A stretch of DNA of 64,000 bases from an uncultured Candidatus Saccharibacteria bacterium (GTDB taxonomy: Bacteria; Patescibacteriota; Minisyncoccia; Phycocordibacterales; UBA9973). The translations under genes and the position numbers were made by a program. How positions within the stretch are numbered: position 1 is the first letter of the stretch; every line of letters starts with the position of its first letter. Below are positions 36,232 to 47,591 of the stretch, in pieces. The notes beneath the pieces are model-generated. The model was given only the letters and a program-made list of their open reading frames with translations. It was not told where the DNA came from and did not search any database. The DNA lies in assembly GCA_964500465.1 (NCBI GenBank), contig CAZCNB010000004.1, positions 1,160 to 65,159 of the forward strand, in the 5' to 3' direction.

Positions 36232-39200
36232 ATGAAGAAAAAAGCTGTACGAGAGAAGAAGTATTTCGCGCGTTATAAAAAACCGCTGGTCGAGTTTCCT
36301 AATTTGATTGAGAATCAATTAGTATCATTCAACTGGTTGGTTGAGACTGGGCTCAAGGAGGTCTTTAAAGAGTTTTCTCCAATAAATGATTATTCAGAGA
36401 AAAAGTTCCAATTAGAATTTTCATCTTTCTCTTTAGGCGAACCAAAATTTGATGAAGAATATACAAAAATTAACAAGCTTACTTATGAAGGAGGATTAAA
36501 AGCTCGAGTTAAACTTTTAAACAAGAGTATTGGTACCTCAAAGGAACAAGAAATATTTATGGCTGATGTTCCTCTTATGACAAAACATGGTACTTTTATT
36601 ATAAACGGTGTTGAACGTGTGATCGTTCCTCAGCTTACTCGATCATTCGGAGTTTTCTTTACTGAACAAGAGTTAAAAGGCAAACATTATTTTGGAGCAA
36701 AAATAATACCTGCTCGTGGAGTTTGGATTGAAATAGAATCTGACCCAGATGGAGCAATATACGTACGTATAGATAAAAAGCGCAAATTCTCAGTTGCGTC
36801 TCTTCTTCGTGTACTCGGACTTGCAACAGACGAGGCTATGACCAAAGCCTTTGGTAAAGATGAAGAATTAATAAAAACTCTTAAAATCTGTCTAGAAAAA
36901 GACCCATCTAAAAATCTATCTGATTCTTATATAGAGATATATAAGCGTCTACGTGATGGTGACCTAGCAACCCCAGATAATGCTCGTGAATTTATAAACA
37001 TACTTCTTTCTGCTGAGAGATATGATCTTTCTCCAGTTGGACGATTTAGATTCAATAAGCGTTTCGATAAAAATATGGATGACAAAGAAATGGAACGCAG
37101 AACTATTTCTTCAGATGATGTTGTTACAATATTCAAGCATATAGTTGAACTAAATAACACACCTCATGCAAAAGCAGACGATATCGACCACTTAGGTCAG
37201 CGTCGTGTTCGTTATGTTGGTGAAATGCTGCAACAAAAATTCCGTATGGGTATGGCTCAAATAAAGAGAAATATCCAAGATAGGATGTCTACAATTGATG
37301 TTAGTACATCAATGCCGATTGCAATAATTAACCAACGCCCGCTTCAAGCTCGTATTAAAGAATTCTTCACTGCAAACCAGCTTTCACAGTTCATGAACCA
37401 AGAAAATGTTATGGCCGAAGTTGAACACTTACGCACACTATCTGCACTTGGTCCTGGAGGCCTTACTCGTGAGCGTGCTGGTCTTGAAGTTCGTGACGTA
37501 CATACATCTCACTATGGACGTGTTTGTCCTATTCACACTCCTGAAGGTCCAAACATCGGTCTTATATTGCACCTCTCAACTTACGCAAAAATAAATGAAT
37601 TCGGAATTATTGAAACTCCATACGTAAAAGTTAAGAATGGAAAAATAACTGGTGAAGTTGTTTATTTAAACGCTCTTGAAGAAGAAAAATACAATATTGC
37701 TCACGCAGGTATAGACTACGATGAAAAAGGAAACATACTGGAAAAGCGTGTAGAGGCTCGTGTTAAAACTAAACCTGGGATGATTGCACGTGAAGAAGTT
37801 GATTATATTGATGTGGCTACTAACCAAGCTTTCTCTGTAGCAACAAGCATGATTCCATTCCTAGAACACGATGATGCACACAGAACGCTCATGGGAAGTA
37901 ACATGCAGAAACAAGCCCTTCCTTGTGTTGTTCCTGAAGCTCCACTTGTAGCTACTGGTATGGAAGAGCTTGCAAGTCGTGACTCTGGACGTCTTATAAT
38001 ATCTGAAGTTTCTGGAACCGTATCTTATGTAGATGCGAAGAAAATAATAGTTAAAGATGAAAAAGGAAAAGAACATACATACCCACTTATAACTTTCTCA
38101 CGTACAAATAACTTCTCAGTATTTCACCAAAGACCAAGTGTATCTATAGGAGATCATGTAAAGAAGAACCAGGTTCTTGCTGATACTAGTACTACTGATA
38201 GAGGGCAAATTGCTCTTGGCCAAAATGCTCTAGTTGCTTTCATGTCATGGGGAGGTGCAAACTACGAAGACGCGATAATTTTATCTGAGCGCCTAGTTAA
38301 AGAAAGTAAATTTACCAGTATCTATGTTACTGAATTTATTTGTAATGTTCGCGATACTAAACTTGGTCCTGAAATAACAACTCGTGATATTCCAAATGTT
38401 GGAGAAAATAAATTAAAAGATTTGGACGAAGACGGAATAATTGTTGTTGGTGCTGAAGTTCGCGAAAACGATATTTTGGTTGGTAAGATTACACCGAAAG
38501 GCGAAACAGAACTTACTCCAGAGGAGCGTCTACTCCGATCAATTTTTACAGAAAAGGCTCGCGATGTTAAAGATACATCACTTCGACTTGAACATGGAAA
38601 ACGTGGACGTGTCGTTGGTGTAAAAATATTCTCACGTGATCAAGGTCACAATCTGGAATCGGGAATCATAAAGAGAATTGTTGTTGAAATTGCTCAAATA
38701 AGAAACATATCTGTCGGAGATAAATTGGCTGGACGACACGGAAACAAAGGAGTTATTTCAGTAATTCTTCCTGAAGAAGAAATGCCATTCATGGCTGATG
38801 GTACACCAATAGATATAATTCTTACACCACTCGGAGTTCCTTCTCGTATGAACCTCGGACAGATTTTGGAAATGCATTTAGGATATGCTGCAAATTCTCT
38901 AGGATATCAAGCTATAGTTCCATCATTTTCTTCAGCTACAGTTCCAGAAATTAAAGAAGAACTTACAAAAGCAGGTCTTCCTGAAACAGGTAAGGTCACA
39001 TTATATGACGGACGAACAGGAGATGCATTTGATCAAGACATTGCTATTGGTTACATGTATATGTTGAAACTTCACCACATGGTTGAAGATAAGCTCCACA
39101 TGCGCTCTATTGGACCATACTCACTTATTACTCAACAACCTCTCGGAGGAAAAGCTCAAGGCGGAGGACAAAGATTCGGAGAAATGGAGGTGTGGGCGCT

Positions 39201-39402
39201 TGAAGGTCACGGTGCTGCTCATGCACTTCGAGAAATGCTTACAATAAAGTCTGATGACATCATGGGTCGTTCACAGACATTCGACGCTATTATAAAAGGT
39301 CAGCCTATCGGTGATCCAAACGTACCAGCTTCATTTAATGTGTTGCTAAATTACTTAAGAGGACTATCGCTTGATGTTGATTTAAAAAAGTCACAAGAAT
39401 AA
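36232..39402 (+). CDS. rpoB: DNA-directed RNA polymerase subunit beta (compact, 1056 aa)
   Basis: It is conserved along its length. Motifs include GEMEVWALEGHGAA, NMQKQA and the rifampicin-region residues. Confidence 0.97.
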   Translation: MKKKAVREKKYFARYKKPLVEFPNLIENQLVSFNWLVETGLKEVFKEFSPINDYSEKKFQLEFSSFSLGEPKFDEEYTKINKLTYEGGLKARVKLLNKSIGTSKEQEIFMADVPLMTKHGTFIINGVERVIVPQLTRSFGVFFTEQELKGKHYFGAKIIPARGVWIEIESDPDGAIYVRIDKKRKFSVASLLRVLGLATDEAMTKAFGKDEELIKTLKICLEKDPSKNLSDSYIEIYKRLRDGDLATPDNAREFINILLSAERYDLSPVGRFRFNKRFDKNMDDKEMERRTISSDDVVTIFKHIVELNNTPHAKADDIDHLGQRRVRYVGEMLQQKFRMGMAQIKRNIQDRMSTIDVSTSMPIAIINQRPLQARIKEFFTANQLSQFMNQENVMAEVEHLRTLSALGPGGLTRERAGLEVRDVHTSHYGRVCPIHTPEGPNIGLILHLSTYAKINEFGIIETPYVKVKNGKITGEVVYLNALEEEKYNIAHAGIDYDEKGNILEKRVEARVKTKPGMIAREEVDYIDVATNQAFSVATSMIPFLEHDDAHRTLMGSNMQKQALPCVVPEAPLVATGMEELASRDSGRLIISEVSGTVSYVDAKKIIVKDEKGKEHTYPLITFSRTNNFSVFHQRPSVSIGDHVKKNQVLADTSTTDRGQIALGQNALVAFMSWGGANYEDAIILSERLVKESKFTSIYVTEFICNVRDTKLGPEITTRDIPNVGENKLKDLDEDGIIVVGAEVRENDILVGKITPKGETELTPEERLLRSIFTEKARDVKDTSLRLEHGKRGRVVGVKIFSRDQGHNLESGIIKRIVVEIAQIRNISVGDKLAGRHGNKGVISVILPEEEMPFMADGTPIDIILTPLGVPSRMNLGQILEMHLGYAANSLGYQAIVPSFSSATVPEIKEELTKAGLPETGKVTLYDGRTGDAFDQDIAIGYMYMLKLHHMVEDKLHMRSIGPYSLITQQPLGGKAQGGGQRFGEMEVWALEGHGAAHALREMLTIKSDDIMGRSQTFDAIIKGQPIGDPNVPASFNVLLNYLRGLSLDVDLKKSQE

Positions 39403-39428
39403 TAATTATCAAATAAATATCAAATATT

Positions 39429-42400
39429 ATGAAAACAATTGATACAACAGATTTTGATTCAATCACACTCAAGTTAGCCAGTCCCGAAAGAATACTTGAA
39501 TGGTCATATGGAGAAGTAACTAAACCAGAAACTATAAACTACCGTACAGGTAGGTCAGAGCGAAGCGGACTCTTTGATGAGCGTATTTTCGGACCAGAAA
39601 AAGATTACGAATGTTACTGTGGTAAGTACAGACGTATTCGTTATAAAGATATAGTTTGTGAAAAATGTGGAGTTGAAGTAACACGCTCTATAGTTCGTCG
39701 TGATCGTATGGGTCATATTGAACTAGCTAGTCCAGTTGCTCATATATGGTTCTTGCGAGGTGTACCATCTCGAATGTCTATACTTCTTAATATTCCAGTT
39801 AATGATTTAGAAAAAGTAATTTACTTTGCTGGATATATTATTACTAAAGTTCACGAAGAAGAAAAAGATTCAATTATCAAAAATCTTGAAAGTGAATTCA
39901 AAACCAAAGTAAAAAGTGCTGCTTCTGAAGAGGAAAAAGAAAAACTCAAAGAGCTTCTAACTAATACAAAACGAGAAATAAATGATATAGTTCCAGGCAA
40001 AGTTTTAAATGAGATTGCGTATCATCACTTTGGACTAAAGTACGGTTCATGTTTTGAAGCAAGTATTGGAGCTGAAGCCATATTTAGTATCTTCAAAAAT
40101 CTTGATCTAGAAAAGATAAAATCTGAGACTCAAGCTCTTATTCCAAAAGCTTCAACTATAGATAAAGAAAAATTAGAAAAGCGCATGTCTTTGATTCGTT
40201 CAATGATGCACTCTGGTATACGCCCAGAATGGATGTTCTTAACAATGATTCCAGTTATTCCTCCTGCACTACGCCCGATGGTTGCACTTGATGGTGGAAG
40301 ACACGCTACATCTGATTTAAATGACTTGTATCGTCGTGTTATAAATAGAAACAATCGTCTAAAAAAACTAAAAGAAATTGGTGCACCAGATGTTATTCTT
40401 CGTAACGAAAAACGTATCTTACAAGAAGCAGTTGATGCCCTTATCGATAATTCAATTGCAAAACAAAATGATTCTCAGGCTGTTTCTGCTTCACAAAAAA
40501 GAGCACTTAAATCTCTTTCTGATAACTTAAAGTCGAAACAAGGACTATTTCGTCAAAATCTTTTAGGTAAACGAGTTGATTATTCTGGACGTTCAGTTAT
40601 TGTCGTTGGTCCAAATCTTAAACTAAATCAATGTGGTCTTCCTAAACACATGGCTCTTGAATTATTCCGACCTTTCGTGATTTCAAAAATTCTTGAAACT
40701 GAACTCGCTTTCAATATTCGTGGCGCTAATCGTCTAATTGAAGAGGGTATTCCCGAAGTTTGGGCAATCCTTGAAGAAGTTATTAAAGGTAAGTATGTTC
40801 TTTTAAACCGTGCTCCAACACTTCACCGTTTAGGTATTCAAGCTTTTAATCCAATACTTATCGAAGGTAATGCTATTCAAGTTCACCCACTTGTCTGTAC
40901 TGGATTTAACGCTGACTTCGATGGAGACCAAATGGCTGTGTATGTACCTCTATCTGATATGGCTCAAAGTGAAGCTCGTGAATACATGGCTGCAAACAAA
41001 AATCTTCTTAAGCCACAAGATGGTGCTCCAATCGTAATGCCAAAAATGGACATGGTTCTTGGATGTTATTGGATGACAAAATCAGTTGATGGTGAAAAAG
41101 GGGAAGGCATGGCATTCTCAAGTCCAAATCAAGCAATCACTGCTTTTGACCTCGGTGCAATTACATTTCGTGCAAAAATTAAAGTTCTAGGTAGCGATAA
41201 AGCTCGCTATCAAAAATTCGAAGGTAAACCTTTTGAAACAACAGTTGGCAGGTTATTCTTTAATAGTATCTTCCCAGATGATTTCCCATTCATGAATGAA
41301 GAAATAACTATTAAAAGAATGTCACTACTTGTTGACGAACTTATAATGCACTATGGTATAGATGCAACTCCAAAAGTATTGGATAAAATAAAGGGCTTTG
41401 GTTATCAATACGCTACTTATTCAGGAGTAACTTGGGGGATAGACAATGTCAGTGTTCCTGCTGGAAAAGCAACAATTGTTGCAGGTGCACGAAAAGAAGA
41501 AGAAAAAGTTCGGGAACAATTCAATGATGGTCTTCTCTCAGATGATGAACAGTATCAGAAAGTCATAGAAATTTGGGAACATGCTAAAAAAGAAATTGAA
41601 AAGATAATACCAGATACATTAGATAAAAAAGGATCAACATACGACCTTATAACTTCTGGTGCTCGTGGAAACATGGGTTCTCTTGTACAGATGTGCGGTA
41701 TGAAAGGTTTGATTGTTAATACATCTGGAGAAACTTTGGATTTCCCAATCATTCCTTCTTATATTGAAGGCCTTTCTCCACTTGAATACTTTATTACTAC
41801 TCACGGTTCACGTAAAGGTGCTGCCGACACTGCTCTTAACACTGCAAAGGCTGGTTATCTAACACGTCGTCTAGTTGATGTTGCTCAAGATGTTGTTGTT
41901 ACAGAAGAGGATTGTGGAACCAAACAAGGTAAGTACATATACGCAGTTGATGGTGCCTTTGCAAAATACATAAACGGACGAGTTTTACTTTCTGATATAA
42001 AAGATAAAGAAGGAAAAGTATTATTCAAAAAAGGTTCTCTTATAATGAAAGAAGATGCAAGAATGCTCGAAAAAGTTGGTATAACTGAGGCGTATGCTCG
42101 TACTCCACTTTCATGTGAGACAACTCATGGAATCTGCCGCATGTGTTATGGTCTTGATTTAGGACGTAATTGTATGATTGAAGTAGGTCAAGCTGTAGGT
42201 ATTATTGCAGCTCAAGCAATCGGTGAACCAGGTACTCAGCTTACACTTAGAACATTCCATGCCGGAGGTGTGGCAACTGTTGATATTACTACTGGTCTTC
42301 CTCGTGTTGAAGAAATTTTTGAGAGACGTATTCCAAAGAATCCAGCTGTAGTATCTCATACAGATGGAGAGGTTATTGAAATCAAAGACAATGGTAAAGA

Positions 42401-43034
42401 AAAAATAATCAAAGTTCTTTCTGATACCAAAGGTGACGCAAAATCAAATGAAGTTGAATATGTTGTTGCATTTAGACGCCAACCATTAGTAAAAGTTGGT
42501 AGCCAAGTTAAGAAAGGTGATCTACTTACTGATGGGTCTGCAGATATTAATGAAATAGTAAAGTACGGAGGTAAAGAAGTTGCTGAAGAATATATAGTAG
42601 ATGAAATTAATAAAGTTTACGACTTGCAAAGTGCTTCAATTTCAAGAAAACATATTGAAATAATAATTCGCCAAATGTTCTCAAGAAAGAAAATCAAAGA
42701 TGCTGGTGATACAACATTTTCTCCTGGTGAAATAGTTGAAGCTATTGAACTTATAGAAGAAAATAACCGTGTTGAAAAAGAAGGAGGTAAAAAAGCTGAA
42801 TCAACCACAATAGTTCTTGGTATTACTGAAGTATCTCTTACAACAAAGAGTTGGCTGTCTGCTGCTTCGTTCCAAAATACTAATCGCGTGCTTATAAACA
42901 ATGCTGTTCGTGGAGGAGTTGATAATCTACGTGGCTTAAAGGAAAACGTTATTATTGGTAATCTAATACCTGCTGGTACTGGATTTGGTGCTAAAAGTAC
43001 AAGATCAAAAGGGGATACAGCTGAATCATTATAA
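39429..43034 (+). CDS. rpoC: DNA-directed RNA polymerase subunit beta'
   Basis: Beta' motifs are present: the Zn finger CxxC...CxxC near the N-terminus, the catalytic NADFDGDQM, the trigger loop and the bridge helix. Confidence 0.97.
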   Translation: MKTIDTTDFDSITLKLASPERILEWSYGEVTKPETINYRTGRSERSGLFDERIFGPEKDYECYCGKYRRIRYKDIVCEKCGVEVTRSIVRRDRMGHIELASPVAHIWFLRGVPSRMSILLNIPVNDLEKVIYFAGYIITKVHEEEKDSIIKNLESEFKTKVKSAASEEEKEKLKELLTNTKREINDIVPGKVLNEIAYHHFGLKYGSCFEASIGAEAIFSIFKNLDLEKIKSETQALIPKASTIDKEKLEKRMSLIRSMMHSGIRPEWMFLTMIPVIPPALRPMVALDGGRHATSDLNDLYRRVINRNNRLKKLKEIGAPDVILRNEKRILQEAVDALIDNSIAKQNDSQAVSASQKRALKSLSDNLKSKQGLFRQNLLGKRVDYSGRSVIVVGPNLKLNQCGLPKHMALELFRPFVISKILETELAFNIRGANRLIEEGIPEVWAILEEVIKGKYVLLNRAPTLHRLGIQAFNPILIEGNAIQVHPLVCTGFNADFDGDQMAVYVPLSDMAQSEAREYMAANKNLLKPQDGAPIVMPKMDMVLGCYWMTKSVDGEKGEGMAFSSPNQAITAFDLGAITFRAKIKVLGSDKARYQKFEGKPFETTVGRLFFNSIFPDDFPFMNEEITIKRMSLLVDELIMHYGIDATPKVLDKIKGFGYQYATYSGVTWGIDNVSVPAGKATIVAGARKEEEKVREQFNDGLLSDDEQYQKVIEIWEHAKKEIEKIIPDTLDKKGSTYDLITSGARGNMGSLVQMCGMKGLIVNTSGETLDFPIIPSYIEGLSPLEYFITTHGSRKGAADTALNTAKAGYLTRRLVDVAQDVVVTEEDCGTKQGKYIYAVDGAFAKYINGRVLLSDIKDKEGKVLFKKGSLIMKEDARMLEKVGITEAYARTPLSCETTHGICRMCYGLDLGRNCMIEVGQAVGIIAAQAIGEPGTQLTLRTFHAGGVATVDITTGLPRVEEIFERRIPKNPAVVSHTDGEVIEIKDNGKEKIIKVLSDTKGDAKSNEVEYVVAFRRQPLVKVGSQVKKGDLLTDGSADINEIVKYGGKEVAEEYIVDEINKVYDLQSASISRKHIEIIIRQMFSRKKIKDAGDTTFSPGEIVEAIELIEENNRVEKEGGKKAESTTIVLGITEVSLTTKSWLSAASFQNTNRVLINNAVRGGVDNLRGLKENVIIGNLIPAGTGFGAKSTRSKGDTAESL

Positions 43035-43056
43035 ATTAATGGGAGGGGGAATAAAT

Positions 43057-44790
43057 ATGAACTCACCTGTTGAAAAAATTAAAGAAAGGTTATCAATTGT
43101 TGATGTGATATCTTCATATCTAACAGTAATTCCTTCTGGTAAAAATTATAAAGCTCGTTGCCCTTTTCACAACGAAAAAACCCCATCATTTTTTATTTCT
43201 CCCGACCGGGGCAATTATTATTGTTTCGGTTGTGGAGCCAAAGGGGATATATTTTCATTTGTTGAACACTTTGAAGGAACAGATTTCTTAGGTTCTTTGA
43301 AGTTATTGGCTGAACGTGCCGGAGTTGCATTGGATAAAAATAGTTACAAAAAGACTGATGATAAAAGAGAAATTTACTATGAAATAATGGAGGAAGCTAC
43401 AAGTTTTTTTGAATCTAATTTTGCAAAAACCCCAGAAGCTAGAAGCTACTTACTTGAAAGAGGCTTAAACGATTCATCTATAGAGTTATTTAGGGTTGGA
43501 TATGCTCCATCATCATGGCGATCAGTTTCGGATCATCTAATATCAAAAGGATACAATAAAGAAGACATTGAAACAGTAGGTTTAACTAAAAAAAGTGAAA
43601 GTGGTTTCTATGATAGGTTCAGAAGTCGCATAATTTTTCCAATAAATGATTCTAGTGGTAGGGTAATAGCTTTTTCAGGACGTATATTTAATTTGACCCC
43701 TGACTCTAATAAAAAATCCGAGATCGAGGAAGCTAAATATTTAAACAGCCCAGACACTCCATTATTTAACAAATCAAATGTTTTATTTGGTATTGATAAA
43801 GCAAAAATAGATATAAGAAAAAGAGGGTACACTATTATTGTTGAAGGACAAATGGATCTAATTCTTTCTCACCAAGCTCTTTTTACAAATACTGTTGCTG
43901 TTTCTGGTACAGCTCTATCTGATGATTTTAAGGATAATCAGTCTAAAATAAACAATCTAGGATTAATAAGAAGACTTTCTCCGAATGTTATATTTGCATT
44001 TGATGGTGATGAAGCCGGTATAAGGGCAGCTAGTCGTAGTGCTGCCATAGCACTCTCTCTTGATATGCAGGTTAAAGTTGCGGTGTTACCTGAGAAAAAA
44101 GACCCCGCGGATATAATTTCTGAAAACTCAGAAAAATGGAAAGAGATTATTAAAAATTCAGTAAATATTGTTAGTTTCCATGTAGATAGAATTTGTAAAA
44201 ATACCAATGATATTCGTATTAGAGGTAAAAAAGTTCGGGAAGTAATCTTTCCTTTTATTGCAATGGTTCGTAGCTCTATAGAACGCTCAGCTTATATATC
44301 GGAGATTCATAATAAAACCAATATTCCAGAAAAATCAATAATAGAAGATTTTGAAGCTTACGAAAAAGCTAATCCTGGTGCTAAAAATGAAAAAATAGAA
44401 TCTAATCAAAACACTAATAGGATTTCCAGAAGAGATAGCCTTGAGAGGAAATTTTTCGGAATACTTTTCTGGTTAGAGCTAAAAGATAATAAAGACTTTT
44501 TAGAACATATTGAGGATTTTAAAAAGAAGATAGAAGAAGATGTATTTCAAAATATAAAGGCTGTTCACGAACCTTTTAGGGAAAATCTAGCTTTTGAAGC
44601 TGAAATGTGGTATGGTACAGAGACTAACACGCTTGCGCGTGATATAAAAGAAATAACTCTTAATCTTGAAGAAGAAATTTTAAATGAAGAAAAGGTTAAA
44701 TTACAACCTCTAAATTCTGAAGAAAAACTTAAAAAATTTAATAATATATCAAAACGTATAGAAGAAATTAAACAAAGTCGTTCATCATAA
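43057..44790 (+). CDS. dnaG: DNA primase
   Basis: A strong SD (gggaggggga) sits 7 nt upstream of the ATG at 43057. The Zn ribbon is CPFHNEKTPSF...CFGCGAKGD. TOPRIM EGQMD is present. It lies in the MMS-operon position upstream of rpoD. Confidence 0.92.
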   Translation: MNSPVEKIKERLSIVDVISSYLTVIPSGKNYKARCPFHNEKTPSFFISPDRGNYYCFGCGAKGDIFSFVEHFEGTDFLGSLKLLAERAGVALDKNSYKKTDDKREIYYEIMEEATSFFESNFAKTPEARSYLLERGLNDSSIELFRVGYAPSSWRSVSDHLISKGYNKEDIETVGLTKKSESGFYDRFRSRIIFPINDSSGRVIAFSGRIFNLTPDSNKKSEIEEAKYLNSPDTPLFNKSNVLFGIDKAKIDIRKRGYTIIVEGQMDLILSHQALFTNTVAVSGTALSDDFKDNQSKINNLGLIRRLSPNVIFAFDGDEAGIRAASRSAAIALSLDMQVKVAVLPEKKDPADIISENSEKWKEIIKNSVNIVSFHVDRICKNTNDIRIRGKKVREVIFPFIAMVRSSIERSAYISEIHNKTNIPEKSIIEDFEAYEKANPGAKNEKIESNQNTNRISRRDSLERKFFGILFWLELKDNKDFLEHIEDFKKKIEEDVFQNIKAVHEPFRENLAFEAEMWYGTETNTLARDIKEITLNLEEEILNEEKVKLQPLNSEEKLKKFNNISKRIEEIKQSRSS

Positions 44791-44802
44791 TAAAAACAAT
44801 TT

Positions 44803-46116
44803 ATGCCAAAAAAGAAAAAAACAAAAACAGTTTCTAAGAATAAGAAAGTTTCTAAGAAAATTATAAAAAAAAGTACTAAAAAGCTTAAGAAAAAAGTAAC
44901 AAAAAAAATAATTAAACAATCTTCAAAATCTAAACAAAAAACCAAGAAGAAAGTTTTAAAGCCTAATAGTACTAAAAAACAAAAACCTAAAGTAAAAGTT
45001 TCAAAACCTGGGAAGTCAAATAAAGCGACTATAAGTGAAAAAAAAGCTCTAGACTTAGAGCAAAAATCTCAATTAATGATTGAGAAAGGTAAAAAACGTG
45101 GTTTCGTGACTTATGATGAAATAATTAAAGTTTTTCCAGATATTGAGAACAATATTTTATTTTTAGACGAGCTTTATGAAAAACTATCAGTAGCTGGTAT
45201 TGATGTTCTTGAAGGTGGTAATTTGCTTGATGTAGATGGAGATACTGAAAAACAAGCTTTGAAATATAGTAAAGATGCTCAAGCATATGATTCTATACAA
45301 ATATATTTAAAAGAAATAGGACAGTATCCACTTATAAGTGCTTTTGATGAAAAAGACTTAGCAAGAAGAATAGAAAAGGGTGATATGGAAGCTAAGAATT
45401 TGCTTGCTCGTGCAAACTTACGCCTTGTTGTTTCTATTGCTAAAAAGTATGTTGGTCGCAGTTCTGATCTCACTCTTCTCGATCTTATTCAAGAGGGTAA
45501 TTTGGGCTTGTTTAAAGCAGTTGAGAAATTCGATTGGACCAAAGGATACAAGTTCTCAACCTACGCAACTTGGTGGATTCGCCAGTCTATAACTCGAGCT
45601 CTCGCAGATCAATCTCGAACTATACGTATTCCTGTTCACATGGTTGAAACAATTTCAAAATACAAACAAGTTGTTAGAAGGCTTTCACAGGACTTAGGGC
45701 GTGAACCTTTGGTTGAAGAAATAGCAACAGAAATGGGACTAGAAGTTGAAAAGATTCACGTAATTGAACAGATAAATCAAGAAACTGTATCATTGGAACA
45801 ACCAATTGGAGATGATGACGAAAAATCTACACGTGGTGAGTTTATTCCAGATGATAAAATTCTTCGCCCAGATCAAGATGCCTCTCGTCGCATTTTATCT
45901 GATCAAATTAAAGAAGTCCTAGATACACTTACTCCAAAGGAAAGAAAAATATTAGAACTTCGTTACGGTCTTATGGATGGAATTCAACACACTCTTGAAG
46001 AAGTAGGGGCTGAATTTAATGTTACTCGTGAACGTATTCGCCAGATTGAGGCTAAAGTTCATGAAAAACTTCGTAATAACGAAAAAATTGCAAGATTGAA
46101 AAATTATTTCGATTAA
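44803..46116 (+). CDS. rpoD: RNA polymerase sigma-70 factor (primary sigma) with a ~75-aa lysine-rich N-terminal tail
   Basis: Regions 1.2 through 4 are conserved ([55 protein letters not shown]). The N-terminus is [23 protein letters not shown]... Confidence 0.93.
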   Translation: MPKKKKTKTVSKNKKVSKKIIKKSTKKLKKKVTKKIIKQSSKSKQKTKKKVLKPNSTKKQKPKVKVSKPGKSNKATISEKKALDLEQKSQLMIEKGKKRGFVTYDEIIKVFPDIENNILFLDELYEKLSVAGIDVLEGGNLLDVDGDTEKQALKYSKDAQAYDSIQIYLKEIGQYPLISAFDEKDLARRIEKGDMEAKNLLARANLRLVVSIAKKYVGRSSDLTLLDLIQEGNLGLFKAVEKFDWTKGYKFSTYATWWIRQSITRALADQSRTIRIPVHMVETISKYKQVVRRLSQDLGREPLVEEIATEMGLEVEKIHVIEQINQETVSLEQPIGDDDEKSTRGEFIPDDKILRPDQDASRRILSDQIKEVLDTLTPKERKILELRYGLMDGIQHTLEEVGAEFNVTRERIRQIEAKVHEKLRNNEKIARLKNYFD

Positions 46117-46150
46117 CTAAAAACCCCTCATTCGAGGGGTTTTTAGTTAA
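46113..46150. terminator. Bidirectional terminator between rpoD and the convergent cyclase gene
   Basis: It is a 17-bp palindrome, ttaactaaaaacccctc-attc-gaggggtttttagttaa. Confidence 0.8.
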
Positions 46151-46821
46151 TCTATAAGAGCAATAAGTCGAATTGGTGCTTCGGTTGCGCCATCTATTTT
46201 TATTGGAAGTACTGCAATTTTTCCACCCGTTTTAGGTATTTCTCTCAAATTAGTTATATTCTCTACAAGGTATTTATTTGTTCCTAAGATTGCTCTGTGA
46301 ACGGGGAAGCCATTCTTTCCTGTGTCAGCTGAAAGTGTGTCTATGCCTAGTCCTACTATATTTCTTTTTAAAAGAAGTTCTGCAGTAGAAATGTGTATAC
46401 TAGGAAACTTGTAATCATTCCTATATTTTTCTGGCGTTTTCCAAAATTTATCCCAACCCGTATAAAATATAACAAAATCTTTTTCTTTAATCTTCCCATA
46501 TTCTTTTTCAAATTTTTCTATAACTTCAGGCATCACAATATAATTTTCGTTAGCTTCGTTGCTTACATCTATTACAATACAATCTATTATTAGTTCATCC
46601 ATAGTTAGAGACTCTATGGTACGCTTTCCTTCAAAACAATGTGCGGGTGCATCCATATGAGTTCCTATCCCAACGTTCATATTTACTTTTTGTGTACGGA
46701 AAAGATCTGGCTCTTTGCAATCCTTATAATCAGTGTCTATTTCAATATTAAAACCACAACTACCATCCCAAGTAGGGATGGTAGTTGTAAGTGTGTGAGT
46801 TAAATCAATTATTCTTTTCAT
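46147..46821 (-). CDS. Putative cyclase-family protein (kynurenine formamidase-like)
   Basis: GTHMDAPAHCFEG and the pattern across its length are typical of the cyclase family (PF04199-like). Confidence 0.7.
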   Translation of the reverse strand: MKRIIDLTHTLTTTIPTWDGSCGFNIEIDTDYKDCKEPDLFRTQKVNMNVGIGTHMDAPAHCFEGKRTIESLTMDELIIDCIVIDVSNEANENYIVMPEVIEKFEKEYGKIKEKDFVIFYTGWDKFWKTPEKYRNDYKFPSIHISTAELLLKRNIVGLGIDTLSADTGKNGFPVHRAILGTNKYLVENITNLREIPKTGGKIAVLPIKIDGATEAPIRLIALID

Positions 46822-46824
46822 TTG

Positions 46825-47559
46825 TTAAAGTTGGTCAGATACAGAATCATTTGATGTTTTTAGAAGACCAAATAAAAGATCGCTATACTTCCAAAATGCA
46901 TCATCTCCCTTTATTTCAGCTACACAATTCGCAGCAATAAGCTTTTCAAAAGAGTGTTGGTGAAGAGGGTAGTGTCTGTATACCCAAGATACATTACCAT
47001 TACTTTCTTTTACTATTTTTTCTAATACTGGATGAAATTGCTTACAAAATGGACATTCAAAGTCTGAATATTCTATTATCTTTACTTTTGCATCAACAGC
47101 TCCTTTTATGTGATCAGTAGGTTCTGATATTTCTACATTTCCAATGTAAGGTCTTTCAACTTTTCCATTCATTGCATCATCAACAATTTTCTTTACCACA
47201 TCATATGATTCTGCTCCTCTTATATCTGTTTTTACACCATTTGCTCCAATAACAACACTAAACGGTGTGCCGCGATCTTGGTTACTATAATTACTCATTG
47301 CCTTATTTACGCTTGTAGTTATATCGTTTCTTACTTTATTTATATCTACACCTTCAATACAAGCTTCCAATTTTGACTTTTGTACACCAACTTGCTCAGA
47401 TAATGTCTTTGATTTGGTTACACCACCTGATTTTGTAACCAAAATACCTATCATTATTAGTAATCCGGCAACTATGATAGCTGTGGGAGTATTTATTTGT
47501 TGTTTAGGGTTAGATAAATCTTTATTTTCATCTAAATTTTCTTGTTTATTTGTTTCCAT
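46825..47559 (-). CDS. Membrane-anchored DsbA-family thiol:disulfide oxidoreductase
   Basis: It has an N-terminal TM helix. The CxxC active site is FECPFCKQF. A thioredoxin fold is indicated. Confidence 0.75.
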   Translation of the reverse strand: METNKQENLDENKDLSNPKQQINTPTAIIVAGLLIMIGILVTKSGGVTKSKTLSEQVGVQKSKLEACIEGVDINKVRNDITTSVNKAMSNYSNQDRGTPFSVVIGANGVKTDIRGAESYDVVKKIVDDAMNGKVERPYIGNVEISEPTDHIKGAVDAKVKIIEYSDFECPFCKQFHPVLEKIVKESNGNVSWVYRHYPLHQHSFEKLIAANCVAEIKGDDAFWKYSDLLFGLLKTSNDSVSDQL

Positions 47560-47591
47560 AATATGGGAATTATATCACAAGCCAGAGCCAC

